DNA of 64,000 bases, from NCBI GenBank assembly GCA_041650935.1, contig JBAZKH010000001.1, positions 283,337 through 347,336 of the forward strand, given 5' to 3'. The notes under the pieces are model-generated. The model did no database searches. It saw only the letters and a list, made by a program, of their open reading frames with translations, and was not told where the DNA came from. A program made the position numbers and the translations under genes. Each line of letters starts with the position of its first letter. The first letter of the stretch is position 1. Positions 18,532 through 27,798 of the stretch are shown in pieces. This stretch comes from Candidatus Omnitrophota bacterium (GTDB lineage: Bacteria > Omnitrophota > Gorgyraeia > 2-01-FULL-45-10).

Positions 18532-20961
18532 ATGCCGATGTTCAACAGATTTACCGAGAGAGCAAGAAAGGTAATACTACTGGCCAAGGAAGAGGCCAAG
18601 AGGTTTAATCACGACTATATCGGGACGGAGCATATCCTGCTGGGCCTGGTCCGCGAAGGCGAAGGTGTCGCGGCGGCTGTACTGGCAAGTTTCGGTCTCA
18701 GCCCCGACAAGATACGGCTCGAGGTGGAGAAGCTTGTCCAGCCCGGCCCCACTACGGTGGTCTCAGGCGACCTGCCTTTTACGCCTAAGGCAAAGAAGGT
18801 TATTGAACTTGCCATGGAAGAGGCGCGTGCTCTCGGGCATAATTATATCGGGACGGAGCATCTGCTCCTGGGTCTTATCCGCGAAGGCGAAGGCGTTGCA
18901 TCGCAAGTACTGGTAAACCTCGGCCTGGAGCTTGAAAAAGTTAGGGAAGAGGTGATGAACCTTCTCGGCTCCGAGATTCCGGGATACGAGATGGGGCAGA
19001 AGGTTTCGCATGCCAAGACGCCCGCTCTTGACGCGTTCGGCAGGGACCTCACGAAACTGGCTAAAGACGGAAAGCTCGACCCGGTTATCGGTAGAAAGAA
19101 CGAGATCGAGCGGGTCATACAAATATTGTCGCGGCGGACGAAAAATAACCCGGTTCTTTTGGGTGAAGCCGGTGTCGGCAAGACGGCGATAGTTGAAGGG
19201 CTCGCCCAGAAGATAATTGCCGGCGACGTCCCGGAGATACTAAAAGACAAACGGCTGATAATCCTTGACCTTGCGCTGATGGTCGCGGGGACGAAATACA
19301 GGGGGCAGTTCGAGGAACGCATCAAAGCCGTTATGGACGAGATAAAGAGGTCCGAGGATGTCATCGTCTTCATCGACGAGCTCCACACGCTCGTCGGCGC
19401 AGGCGGCGCGGAAGGCGCTATCGATGCGTCGAATATACTAAAACCCGCCCTCTCCCGCGGTGAGATACAATGCATAGGCGCGACGACTCTCGATGAATAC
19501 AGGAAGCATATCGAGAAAGACGCGGCCCTGGAGAGGCGTTTCCAAACGATTATGGTCGATCCTCCCAGCGTCGACGAGACGGTCGAAATACTGAAGGGCC
19601 TTCGCGACAGATATGAAGCTCACCACCGGGTAAAATTTACGGACGAGGCCCTCGATGCGGCCGCGAAGTTATCCGACAGGTACATAAGCGGCAGATACCT
19701 GCCGGACAAGGCGATAGACCTTATCGACGAGGCCGGTTCCCGCGCGCGCCTTTCCGTTATGACGGCGCCGCCGGATGTCAAGCATATCGAGGACAAAATG
19801 GCCGTCGTGAAGCAGGAAAAAGAAGCGGCTGTAAAGAACCAGGACTTCGAGAAAGCGGCCAAGTTCAGGGATGAAGAACGAAAACTTAAGGAAGAGTTTA
19901 ACAGGATAAAGAAGGAATGGAAAGACGCTAAGGGCAAAGTCGAGCCGAAGGTGACGGATGACGATATAGCTGTCATTGTTTCCAAATGGACGGGAATACC
20001 AATATTAAAACTTGAGGAGAAGGAACAGGATAAATTTCTCAAGATGGAAGATGCGCTTCATAAGCGTGTTATCGGACAGAATGAGGCGATAAGCGCTATC
20101 GCGCACGCCGTCCGCAGGTCGCGCGCCGGGATCAAGGACCCCAGGAGGCCTATAGGCTCCTTTGTCTTTCTCGGCCCTACCGGTGTGGGTAAGACACTGG
20201 TCGGACGCGCGCTCGCCGAATTCATGTTCGGCGATGAGGATGCGATAATACAGATAGACATGTCCGAATATATGGAAAAATTCAATGTTTCGCGCCTTGT
20301 CGGTGCGCCTCCCGGGTATGTCGGCTATGAAGAGGGCGGACAGCTTACCGAAAAAGTCAGGCGCCGCCCATATTCGGTCGTTCTTTTGGACGAGATAGAG
20401 AAGGCGCATCCCGATGTCTTCAATATACTGCTTCAGATGCTCGAAGAGGGGCGCCTTACCGATTCTTTCGGCAGGAAGGTGGATTTCAAGAACACGATCA
20501 TCATAATGACCTCGAACATAGGCGCGGAGATGCTTAAAAAACAGGGCTCGATAGGGTTCAAGTCCCAGACCGAAGAGGTCACCTACCAGGCGATGAGAGA
20601 AAGGCTGCTCGATGAGGTAAAAAGGACCTTTAAGCCGGAATTTATCAACAGGGTCGATGATATAATCGTATTCAGGTCGCTTACCAAAGAGGACCTGGAG
20701 AGCATAGTCGATCTGGAGGTCCGGGACGTCGAATCGAGACTCAAGGAACAGAAGATAAAAATAGATATGACAAACGAAGCGAAAGATTTTCTTATTGAAA
20801 AAGGGTTCGATAAGAGTTTCGGTGCGCGGCCGCTGAAGCGCACGATACAACGTTTCCTGGAGGATCCTCTTGCCGAAGATATAATAAGAGGGACCTTCAA
20901 GAAAGGCGGCACTGTAAAGGTGACGGCGAAAGTCGATCATCTGGAATTCAAGATAGTGTGA
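18532..20961 (+). CDS. clpC: ATP-dependent Clp protease ATP-binding subunit ClpC
   Basis: Two Clp_N repeats, two AAA+ modules ([16 protein letters not shown]), UVR motif; 809 aa. Confidence 0.95.
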   Translation: MPMFNRFTERARKVILLAKEEAKRFNHDYIGTEHILLGLVREGEGVAAAVLASFGLSPDKIRLEVEKLVQPGPTTVVSGDLPFTPKAKKVIELAMEEARALGHNYIGTEHLLLGLIREGEGVASQVLVNLGLELEKVREEVMNLLGSEIPGYEMGQKVSHAKTPALDAFGRDLTKLAKDGKLDPVIGRKNEIERVIQILSRRTKNNPVLLGEAGVGKTAIVEGLAQKIIAGDVPEILKDKRLIILDLALMVAGTKYRGQFEERIKAVMDEIKRSEDVIVFIDELHTLVGAGGAEGAIDASNILKPALSRGEIQCIGATTLDEYRKHIEKDAALERRFQTIMVDPPSVDETVEILKGLRDRYEAHHRVKFTDEALDAAAKLSDRYISGRYLPDKAIDLIDEAGSRARLSVMTAPPDVKHIEDKMAVVKQEKEAAVKNQDFEKAAKFRDEERKLKEEFNRIKKEWKDAKGKVEPKVTDDDIAVIVSKWTGIPILKLEEKEQDKFLKMEDALHKRVIGQNEAISAIAHAVRRSRAGIKDPRRPIGSFVFLGPTGVGKTLVGRALAEFMFGDEDAIIQIDMSEYMEKFNVSRLVGAPPGYVGYEEGGQLTEKVRRRPYSVVLLDEIEKAHPDVFNILLQMLEEGRLTDSFGRKVDFKNTIIIMTSNIGAEMLKKQGSIGFKSQTEEVTYQAMRERLLDEVKRTFKPEFINRVDDIIVFRSLTKEDLESIVDLEVRDVESRLKEQKIKIDMTNEAKDFLIEKGFDKSFGARPLKRTIQRFLEDPLAEDIIRGTFKKGGTVKVTAKVDHLEFKIV

Positions 20962-20965
20962 GGTA

Positions 20966-22435
20966 ATGAGGAATACAAGGTCAAGAAGACATTTCCTGGT
21001 TATTTTAACGGCCCTCCTTATCGTCTGTGCGACGCTGTTCGTAGAGAGCAGGATAGAGGCGTTCGTGCCGGAGGTGAAAGGTTTTGCCGAAGCCAGGATA
21101 GAAGAGGCTATGGGCGGCGGGGTAAAGATTTCCATGGGTAACGTAGACGGCGGCTTGCTCCATCCTATCGTTCTCAACGATATAAAGATTAAAAATAAAA
21201 AGGGCGTTGCTATCCTGCCGTCTTTGGAGATAAACAGCATAAAGACAAGCTACAGGGTATGGGATATCGTACGGGGCATTTTGCTTGCCAGAGATAAGGA
21301 TAAGAAGACTGTCTCGTGGCTTATTGCAGGTCTCTCCAACCTGGACCTGAATTTTACTACCGCAGACAAAAAGGTGTCGGGGTTTGTAAAAATTACGAAC
21401 GCTTCGGGGGAACAGGTTGTTAAGGGATATCTAAATCTGCCGAGCGGCCGTAGATACGATTTTAGCGGCAGGGCAAAAGACGGCATATATAATATCGAGA
21501 TCAAGCCGGACCGCGGCCTTATCAGGATAGAGGGAGCTGTTTCCAGGGACGGTTCTCTGACGGCGTGTTTCAAAGTCTACCATCTCGATCTTGGCGGTAA
21601 CGATTTTGTATGCGAAGGAGTGTTTAAGGGCGAAATCGGCACAAGCGGCGTGGAAGTGAAGAAGCCGCTTGTGGAGGGTGTGATCGAAACGCGGAATAGT
21701 CTCCTTAATGATAAGCCCTTCCTTAATCTTAAAGTCTCGTACAGGATAGAGGATTCCAATCTTTATATCTCCGATTTGAGCCTTTCCGATATAATTAAAG
21801 GCGCGGGCATGTTACAGTTAAGGGAACCGTTCGGCGTAAACGGTTTCCTCTCAGTTAATAATTTAAGCTTGAGCTGGCTGGCGCTTGCGTTGGGGGCTAA
21901 AGATGCTTCTGCGGTATCCGGGACATTGAATACCAGGTGCACTTTTAAGGGGCCCATGGCCAAGGTGCATTCGGATATCCATATGGAGGCGCGGAAAGGA
22001 ACGATCGCTACCCTCACCTTCGAAAGCCTGAATGCGCATCTCAAGGGCGAGGGTCCCATGATAACCATAGAGGATTCGCGTATAATAAGGGATAGCGGAT
22101 ATTTTGTTCTCGCAGGGGAAATAGACCTGCGCAAGATCGGCAAGGCGAGCATGTTCGAAAGTATACGGTTGGTGGGCGACGATAAGGCGATAAACTGGGA
22201 TGGGTGGGATACCAGCAAAGTGCTTAATATACGGGAGACCACGATGAAGAAGGCGATAAACGACGACATAAGCCTGGATTTCAAAAAGTTTGTCACCGAG
22301 GATATCATCGACGAAAGCATAAAATACGGAGACGAGATACAGCTCGAATATAAGCTGCACCCGAACGACAGCCTGACGGTGATGGTCGGTCAGGACAAGG
22401 ACTTCGTAGGGATCGAGCATAAAAATAAATTTTGA
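20966..22435 (+). CDS. membrane-anchored hypothetical protein (489 aa), possibly AsmA-like
   Basis: Single N-terminal TM helix followed by a large beta-rich soluble region; position directly upstream of mlaEFD. Confidence 0.5.
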   Translation: MRNTRSRRHFLVILTALLIVCATLFVESRIEAFVPEVKGFAEARIEEAMGGGVKISMGNVDGGLLHPIVLNDIKIKNKKGVAILPSLEINSIKTSYRVWDIVRGILLARDKDKKTVSWLIAGLSNLDLNFTTADKKVSGFVKITNASGEQVVKGYLNLPSGRRYDFSGRAKDGIYNIEIKPDRGLIRIEGAVSRDGSLTACFKVYHLDLGGNDFVCEGVFKGEIGTSGVEVKKPLVEGVIETRNSLLNDKPFLNLKVSYRIEDSNLYISDLSLSDIIKGAGMLQLREPFGVNGFLSVNNLSLSWLALALGAKDASAVSGTLNTRCTFKGPMAKVHSDIHMEARKGTIATLTFESLNAHLKGEGPMITIEDSRIIRDSGYFVLAGEIDLRKIGKASMFESIRLVGDDKAINWDGWDTSKVLNIRETTMKKAINDDISLDFKKFVTEDIIDESIKYGDEIQLEYKLHPNDSLTVMVGQDKDFVGIEHKNKF

Positions 22436-22450
22436 TCTGAGAGAAATATT

Positions 22451-23233
22451 ATGAAACATTTCCTGGAGATGATCGGTAAACAATTTACGGACTTCATAAA
22501 ATACGCGGGCGGCCTTTCGATCCTTACCGGGCAGACGCTGTTCTGGATACCTATGCCGCCGTTCCGGCGCCGCCAGGTTTTTGAACAGATGGCGAAGATC
22601 GGGGTCGATTCGCTCCCGATAGTATTCCTTATAAGCATGTTTACCGGCATGGTGCTTGCGCTGCAGAGCGCTTATCAGATGCAGAGATTTTCGGCCGAGA
22701 TGTATATAGCGTCCCTGGTCGCTTTCTCGATGACGCGTGAACTTGGCCCTGTCCTGACAGCTCTGATAGTGGCCGGCCGGATCGGCGCTTCCATAACGGC
22801 TGAGCTTGGTACTATGAAGGTTACCGAGCAGCTGGATGCTATGGAGACGCTGGCGACGAATCCCATAAAATACCTTGTCGTGCCGAGATTTTTTGCGCTC
22901 ATCATAATGCTCCCGCTTCTCACCGTCTACTCGGACATAGTCGGTATCCTTGGCGGATACCTGATAGGCGTTTATAAACTGGGCATATCCCACGCGATGT
23001 ATATGAAGAATACCTGGCAGCCGCTTAAGTATAAAGATATATTCACGGGCCTCATAAAGAGTTTCTTTTTCGGCGTTATAATATGTATTGTCGCCTGCTA
23101 CGAGGGTATGACCGCGGAGGGCGGAGCGGAGGGCGTAGGACGGTCGACGACGGCTAGCGTGGTAGTCAGCTTTATCCTGATAATAGCGTCGGACTGTTTC
23201 TTTACGGCATTATTCTATTTCGTTGCCAGATAA
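22451..23233 (+). CDS. mlaE: phospholipid ABC transporter permease MlaE
   Basis: MlaE/YrbE family similarity over full length. Confidence 0.85.
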   Translation: MKHFLEMIGKQFTDFIKYAGGLSILTGQTLFWIPMPPFRRRQVFEQMAKIGVDSLPIVFLISMFTGMVLALQSAYQMQRFSAEMYIASLVAFSMTRELGPVLTALIVAGRIGASITAELGTMKVTEQLDAMETLATNPIKYLVVPRFFALIIMLPLLTVYSDIVGILGGYLIGVYKLGISHAMYMKNTWQPLKYKDIFTGLIKSFFFGVIICIVACYEGMTAEGGAEGVGRSTTASVVVSFILIIASDCFFTALFYFVAR

Positions 23234-23298
23234 TTTCGTCGTTCGTATTTCGTTGTTCGCTGCCGGTTAAAAGGCATTTAAGAGCTGGGAACTAAAAA

Positions 23299-24066
23299 AT
23301 GATCGAGATCATAAACCTCTGCAAATCGTTCAACGGCCATAAGGTTCTGGACAACCTGAACCTTAATATAAAGAGCGGCGAGACGACCGTTATTATTGGC
23401 AGGTCCGGCTGCGGTAAAAGTGTCATGTTGAAGCACATAATAGGTCTTCTAAAACCCGATTCCGGCCAGGTCATCATAGACGGCAAAGAAGTAGGCTTGA
23501 TGGATGAGAAGGATTTAAGCGCCCTGCGTCTTAAGTTCGGCATGCTATTCCAGGGTGCTGCGCTGTTCGATTCGATGAGTATCTACGAAAATGTAGGATT
23601 TAACCTTATAGAGCATACCAACGCGGGCAAACAGGAGATCGAGAGGGCTGTTAAAGAATCGCTTGCGCTGGTCGGCCTGAAAGGCATAGAAGACAAGAAG
23701 CCCGCAGAGCTTTCCGGAGGCATGAGGAAGCGCGTAGGATTGGCGCGTGCTATATGCATGAGGCCCCATATAATGCTCTACGATGAACCCACTACGGGCG
23801 TCGATCCAATAATGGGAGATGCTATTAACGATCTCATAGTGGAACTGCATAACAAATTGAAGATTACAGCCGTTGCCGTTACCCACGATATGACGAGCGC
23901 CTATAAGATCGCCGACAGGATTGCTATGATGTACAACGGAAAGATAATAGCGCAGGGCACGCCGGACGATATAAAGAATACAAGGGATCCGGTTGTCCAC
24001 CAGTTTATTACCGGCGCCGGCAAGGGCCCGATAACGGAAGGTATAGATTTCGAGCATTTAATTTAA
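23299..24066 (+). CDS. mlaF: phospholipid ABC transporter ATP-binding protein MlaF
   Basis: Walker A GRSGCGKS, LSGGMRKR signature, Walker B MLYDEPT. Confidence 0.85.
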   Translation: MIEIINLCKSFNGHKVLDNLNLNIKSGETTVIIGRSGCGKSVMLKHIIGLLKPDSGQVIIDGKEVGLMDEKDLSALRLKFGMLFQGAALFDSMSIYENVGFNLIEHTNAGKQEIERAVKESLALVGLKGIEDKKPAELSGGMRKRVGLARAICMRPHIMLYDEPTTGVDPIMGDAINDLIVELHNKLKITAVAVTHDMTSAYKIADRIAMMYNGKIIAQGTPDDIKNTRDPVVHQFITGAGKGPITEGIDFEHLI

Positions 24067-24082
24067 CATGTAAAAAGCGAGG

Positions 24083-24697
24083 GTGATGATGGATAGCACA
24101 AAGACGTTTGAGTTGAAGGTCGGCTTATTTATAATGATAGGTGTTGCGATACTCTTCTTTATAGTCTTTTCGGTCGGTGAGTTGAATTTTTCCAAATCGG
24201 GATACAGGATAAAGGTGCTCTTCAGCTTCGCCAACGGTATAGGCGGCACGGCTCCCGTAAGGCTGGCGGGCGTGGGCGTCGGGCAGGTCCAGGGCATAAG
24301 GATAATCCGCGACGAGAAAGCCGGTGTTACGAAGGCCGAGGTTACGGCCTGGATAAACGATAATGTCAAGATCGAGAACGATGCCGTCGTTACGATAAAT
24401 ACCCTGGGACTTTTAGGAGAAAAATATCTTGAGATCTATCCCGGGACGCTCGGTACGCCTACTCTGAAAAATAACGATGCGATAATCGGGAAAGATCCTG
24501 TTCCGATGGAGAAATTCACGGATAACCTTGCCAAACTTACCGATTCGGTTGCTACGATAGTGGAGAAGATCAAGCGGGGCGAGGGAACGGTGGGTAAACT
24601 GCTTATGGATCCGGCTGTCTATGACAACCTTGAAGCGTTTACGGCGGAGATCAAAAAACATCCCTGGAAACTTTTGGTAAAACCCAGCGGGGACTAA
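24083..24697 (+). CDS. mlaD: MCE-domain protein MlaD
   Basis: N-terminal TM plus MCE domain (VRLAGVGVGQV). Confidence 0.8.
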   Translation: MMMDSTKTFELKVGLFIMIGVAILFFIVFSVGELNFSKSGYRIKVLFSFANGIGGTAPVRLAGVGVGQVQGIRIIRDEKAGVTKAEVTAWINDNVKIENDAVVTINTLGLLGEKYLEIYPGTLGTPTLKNNDAIIGKDPVPMEKFTDNLAKLTDSVATIVEKIKRGEGTVGKLLMDPAVYDNLEAFTAEIKKHPWKLLVKPSGD

Positions 24698-24773
24698 GGG
24701 CTGATTCGCTCTTTTAGTGTTTAGGTTATAACCTGACTGTTGAATGGCGAAATAGAGAAGGAGATATAATTAC

Positions 24774-25811
24774 ATGACTCTTATAGCGATAAGATTATTT
24801 TTCGTATTTTTGTCAAGCGTCGCGGGATATTACATAGGTTCTCTCCTGGGCGATTTTCAGCCCATGTGGGGAATTAGCGGCTTGCTGATAGGCCTTGGCG
24901 CATCCGCCCTGATAATATTGCTCGAGATGGTGATGAAACGCTTTTCTGTAAGGAACCTTTCTGCGGCCGTCTTCGGGCTGATATTCGGGTTCTTCATGGC
25001 ATGGGTGCTGACAAGTGTCATGAGGCTTATACCTATGAGCCTGCAATTATTCTCGTCGCTCCAGATAATCCTTATACTTATATTCTGCTATCTTGGAATG
25101 GTGATCGCGATGAGAGGGAAAGATGAGTTCAATCTTATAATACCGTACGTCAAGTTCGTAAGGCAGGACAAGAAGGATGATATAGTGCTTCTCGATACAA
25201 GCGTTATCATAGATGGAAGGATCGCCGATATTTTCCATACCCATTTTATCGAAGGAAGGATAGTTATACCGCGTTTCGTATTAAAAGAGCTGCAGCAGAT
25301 AGCCGATTCGCAGGATTCGCTTAAGCGTAACCGCGGCCGCCGCGGCCTGGATATACTGAACAAGATACAGAAGTCCACGGACCTCGACGTAAGGATACAG
25401 GAAGAGGATTTCCCGGAGGTAAAAGAGGTTGATGCCAAGCTTGTAAAGCTCGCTAAGCTTCTGGGCGCCAAGATATTTACAAACGATTTTAACCTCAACA
25501 AGGTAGCGGAACTGCAGGGTATTACCGTCCTAAATATAAATGAACTTGCGAATGCGCTTCGGCCCGTAGTCCTGCCGGGAGAGCCGATGGAAGTAAGGAT
25601 ATCTAAAGAGGGTAAGGAATATAATCAGGGGATAGCGTATCTCGATGACGGGACGATGGTGGTCGTGGATAATTCCAGGCATCTGATCGGGCAGACGACC
25701 AGGGTCATAGTTACAAGCGTCCTGCAGACGTCGGCGGGAAGGATGATCTTCGCTAAGCTGGAAGATCAACAGAGAACCGGCGGCGCCCCTAGAGGAAGGC
25801 AGAGGGAGTAA
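24774..25811 (+). CDS. PIN/TRAM domain membrane protein (YacL-like)
   Basis: N-terminal TM helices, PIN motif VLLDTSVIIDGR, C-terminal TRAM-like barrel; sits upstream of ispD-ispF as in Bacillus. Confidence 0.8.
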   Translation: MTLIAIRLFFVFLSSVAGYYIGSLLGDFQPMWGISGLLIGLGASALIILLEMVMKRFSVRNLSAAVFGLIFGFFMAWVLTSVMRLIPMSLQLFSSLQIILILIFCYLGMVIAMRGKDEFNLIIPYVKFVRQDKKDDIVLLDTSVIIDGRIADIFHTHFIEGRIVIPRFVLKELQQIADSQDSLKRNRGRRGLDILNKIQKSTDLDVRIQEEDFPEVKEVDAKLVKLAKLLGAKIFTNDFNLNKVAELQGITVLNINELANALRPVVLPGEPMEVRISKEGKEYNQGIAYLDDGTMVVVDNSRHLIGQTTRVIVTSVLQTSAGRMIFAKLEDQQRTGGAPRGRQRE

Positions 25812-25827
25812 ATAACCAAAGGTGTAG

Positions 25828-25875
25828 TTTACCCATAAAAAAAGAAGCCGCCGCTGTAAGGCGGCGGAGCTTTAC
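25828..25875 (+). other. conserved stem-loop element, copy B (TTTACCCATAAAAAAAGAAGCCGCCGC-loop-GCGGCGGAGCTTTAC)
   Basis: Paralog of 9816-9866 with a covarying stem base pair; between the PIN/TRAM stop and ispD start. Confidence 0.6.
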
Positions 25876-25897
25876 TTATTGATGATTTTTGGTATCG

Positions 25898-26563
25898 ATG
25901 AAAACAATTGCTATAATACCTGCTGCCGGATCAGGGAAACGTCTCGGGGCAAAAGATAAGAAACCGTTTGTCCTTCTGGGCGGCAAGCCGCTTGTAAGCT
26001 ACGCCCTGAGGGCCCTCGATAGCTCGCCCGACATAGACGGCATCATAGTGGCATGCGAAGCCGCTTATATAAACCGGATCAGAACAATCGCGCGGCGATG
26101 CCGGGTGCGTAAGCTTATAGATGTTATTGTTGGCGGCAAGACGCGTTTCGAATCGATCCGTAATTGCGTTAGACGAGTCGGGCCTTCCGCCGAACTGGTC
26201 CTGGTCCATGACGCGGCAAGGCCTTTTATCGACGGCAAGATTATCAGCCGCTCGGTAAAAGCGGCGCAGAAGTTCGGCGCGTCTATAGCGGCCGTACCGG
26301 AAAGCGATACGGTAAAGTTTGTAGACGGCAGGGGATTTATCAGGAAGACTCTCGACCGTAATAGAGTTTTCCGGGCCCAGACGCCGCAGGTCTTCAAACG
26401 TTCCATTATCGAGAGGGCCTACTCGGCCCGGCGGAGCGAAGCTGCCACGGACGATGCGAGGCTGGTCGAGGAGCGGATACGGGTTAAGATAGTTGCGGGT
26501 TCTTACAAAAATTTGAAGATCACCACAAAGGAAGATCTTAAAATCGCGAGGGCACTCTTATGA
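25898..26563 (+). CDS. ispD: 2-C-methyl-D-erythritol 4-phosphate cytidylyltransferase
   Basis: IAIIPAAGSGKRLG motif; ATG 25898 preferred over TTG 25889. Confidence 0.9.
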   Translation: MKTIAIIPAAGSGKRLGAKDKKPFVLLGGKPLVSYALRALDSSPDIDGIIVACEAAYINRIRTIARRCRVRKLIDVIVGGKTRFESIRNCVRRVGPSAELVLVHDAARPFIDGKIISRSVKAAQKFGASIAAVPESDTVKFVDGRGFIRKTLDRNRVFRAQTPQVFKRSIIERAYSARRSEAATDDARLVEERIRVKIVAGSYKNLKITTKEDLKIARALL

Positions 26564-27042
26564 GGGTAGGTTTTGGATATGATATACATCGCCTTGTAGA
26601 AGACAGGCCGCTCTTTTTGGGAGGGGTCGAGATTCCTTACATCAAAGGGCTGCTTGCGCATTCGGACGGGGACGTGGTTTTACATGCCATTTCGGATGCG
26701 ATCCTCGGCGCGATGTCGCTGGGGGATATAGGGGAGCATTTCCCGAATACCGACCCGCGATATAAAGATATCCATAGCAGGGAACTTGTGAAAAAGGTTA
26801 TGGAAGTGGTCAAAGAGCGGAAGACCATTCTTATGAACGTCGATGCCGTAATACTTGCCGAAGAGCCGAAGATCTATCCGTTCAAGGATAAGATGCTGAA
26901 CGAGCTGGAAGCGATGCTGGGGATAGGGCGGGATCATATAAATATTAAAGCGACAACGAATGAGGGCGTGGGTTCTATAGGCAGGGGCGATGCGATAGCT
27001 GCTTATGCGGTTGTCTTATTAAAAGAACGGGGTGACGCTTGA
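26560..27042 (+). CDS. ispF: 2-C-methyl-D-erythritol 2,4-cyclodiphosphate synthase
   Basis: [19 protein letters not shown] motifs. Confidence 0.92.
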   Translation: MRVGFGYDIHRLVEDRPLFLGGVEIPYIKGLLAHSDGDVVLHAISDAILGAMSLGDIGEHFPNTDPRYKDIHSRELVKKVMEVVKERKTILMNVDAVILAEEPKIYPFKDKMLNELEAMLGIGRDHINIKATTNEGVGSIGRGDAIAAYAVVLLKERGDA

Positions 27043-27719
27043 TAATGGCATCTCTTTTTCTGCTGCTGGCCCTGGTATCGGCGTATCTCTTATTCTGGTT
27101 TTTTGTTGCCGTGATATTCCGGAAAGAGATACTCTCCGTATTTGACAGGGATCCGGCGGCGACCAGTTACCTCGAGGTGCTGTTCACATATTCGGGTCTG
27201 CATGCGATGGTCTTTTACAGGACCGCGCACGTATTATTGAAGATGGGCGTACCGTTCTTCCCCCGCTGGGTATCTCAGCTGGGGCGTTTTTTTACCGGCA
27301 TAGAGATCCACCCGGGCGCCCGGATAGGTGAAGGGTTTTTTGTGGATCACGGCATGGGCGTTGTTGTAGGCGAGACGGCCATAATCGGGGATAACGTGCT
27401 CCTTTATCAGGGAGTCACCCTCGGCGGCACAGGCAAAGAGCGTGGTAAACGGCATCCTACGATAGGTAACAACGTCGTGATCGGAGCCGGGGCTAAGGTC
27501 CTCGGCAATATAACCGTCGGGGACAATTCGTATATCGGCTCGAACGCCGTGGTTATAAAAGACGTTCCGCCCAATTCTACGGTAGTAGGCGTTCCGGGAA
27601 GGATCACCAGGCAGGAAGGAAAGAAGATAGACCTCTCCTTAGATCATATCCACGTCCTAGATCCGATACTGCAGGAGATTGATGAGTTAAAAGAGAGAAT
27701 AAAGAAACTGGAAAAGTAA
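27039..27719 (+). CDS. cysE: serine O-acetyltransferase
   Basis: SAT N-terminal helical domain plus hexapeptide repeats ([11 protein letters not shown]). Confidence 0.85.
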   Translation: MIMASLFLLLALVSAYLLFWFFVAVIFRKEILSVFDRDPAATSYLEVLFTYSGLHAMVFYRTAHVLLKMGVPFFPRWVSQLGRFFTGIEIHPGARIGEGFFVDHGMGVVVGETAIIGDNVLLYQGVTLGGTGKERGKRHPTIGNNVVIGAGAKVLGNITVGDNSYIGSNAVVIKDVPPNSTVVGVPGRITRQEGKKIDLSLDHIHVLDPILQEIDELKERIKKLEK

Positions 27720-27738
27720 GAAGGCGATTAGGCGAGCG

Positions 27739-27779
27739 GCGATTAAGCGATTAGGTAAGAAGCTCAATCGCTTAATCGC
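27739..27779 (+). other. perfect 14-bp inverted repeat hairpin (GCGATTAAGCGATT / AATCGCTTAATCGC) between cysE and cysS
   Basis: Arms 27739-27752 and 27766-27779, 13-nt loop; preceded by GCGATTAG direct repeats. Confidence 0.6.
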
Positions 27780-27798
27780 TCTATTGTTTAAGGTAACG

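Noticed and set aside
20005-21240. 411-aa minus-strand ORF
   Set aside because: It overlaps the 3' end of clpC (unambiguous homology) and the following + strand gene, and has no recognisable domains. It is a typical shadow ORF.
21863-22993. 376-aa minus-strand ORF
   Set aside because: It overlaps mlaE (clear homology) and the upstream + strand gene, with His/Arg/Tyr-rich composition and no recognisable motifs. It is a shadow ORF.
27720-27798. Possible T-box leaders upstream of cysS, metG (31627-31742) and ileS (36214-36217)
   Set aside because: The upstream spacers (79, 116 and 4 bp) are far too short for a ~250-nt T-box leader, and no T-box consensus (AATTAGGGTGGNACCGCG) was seen.
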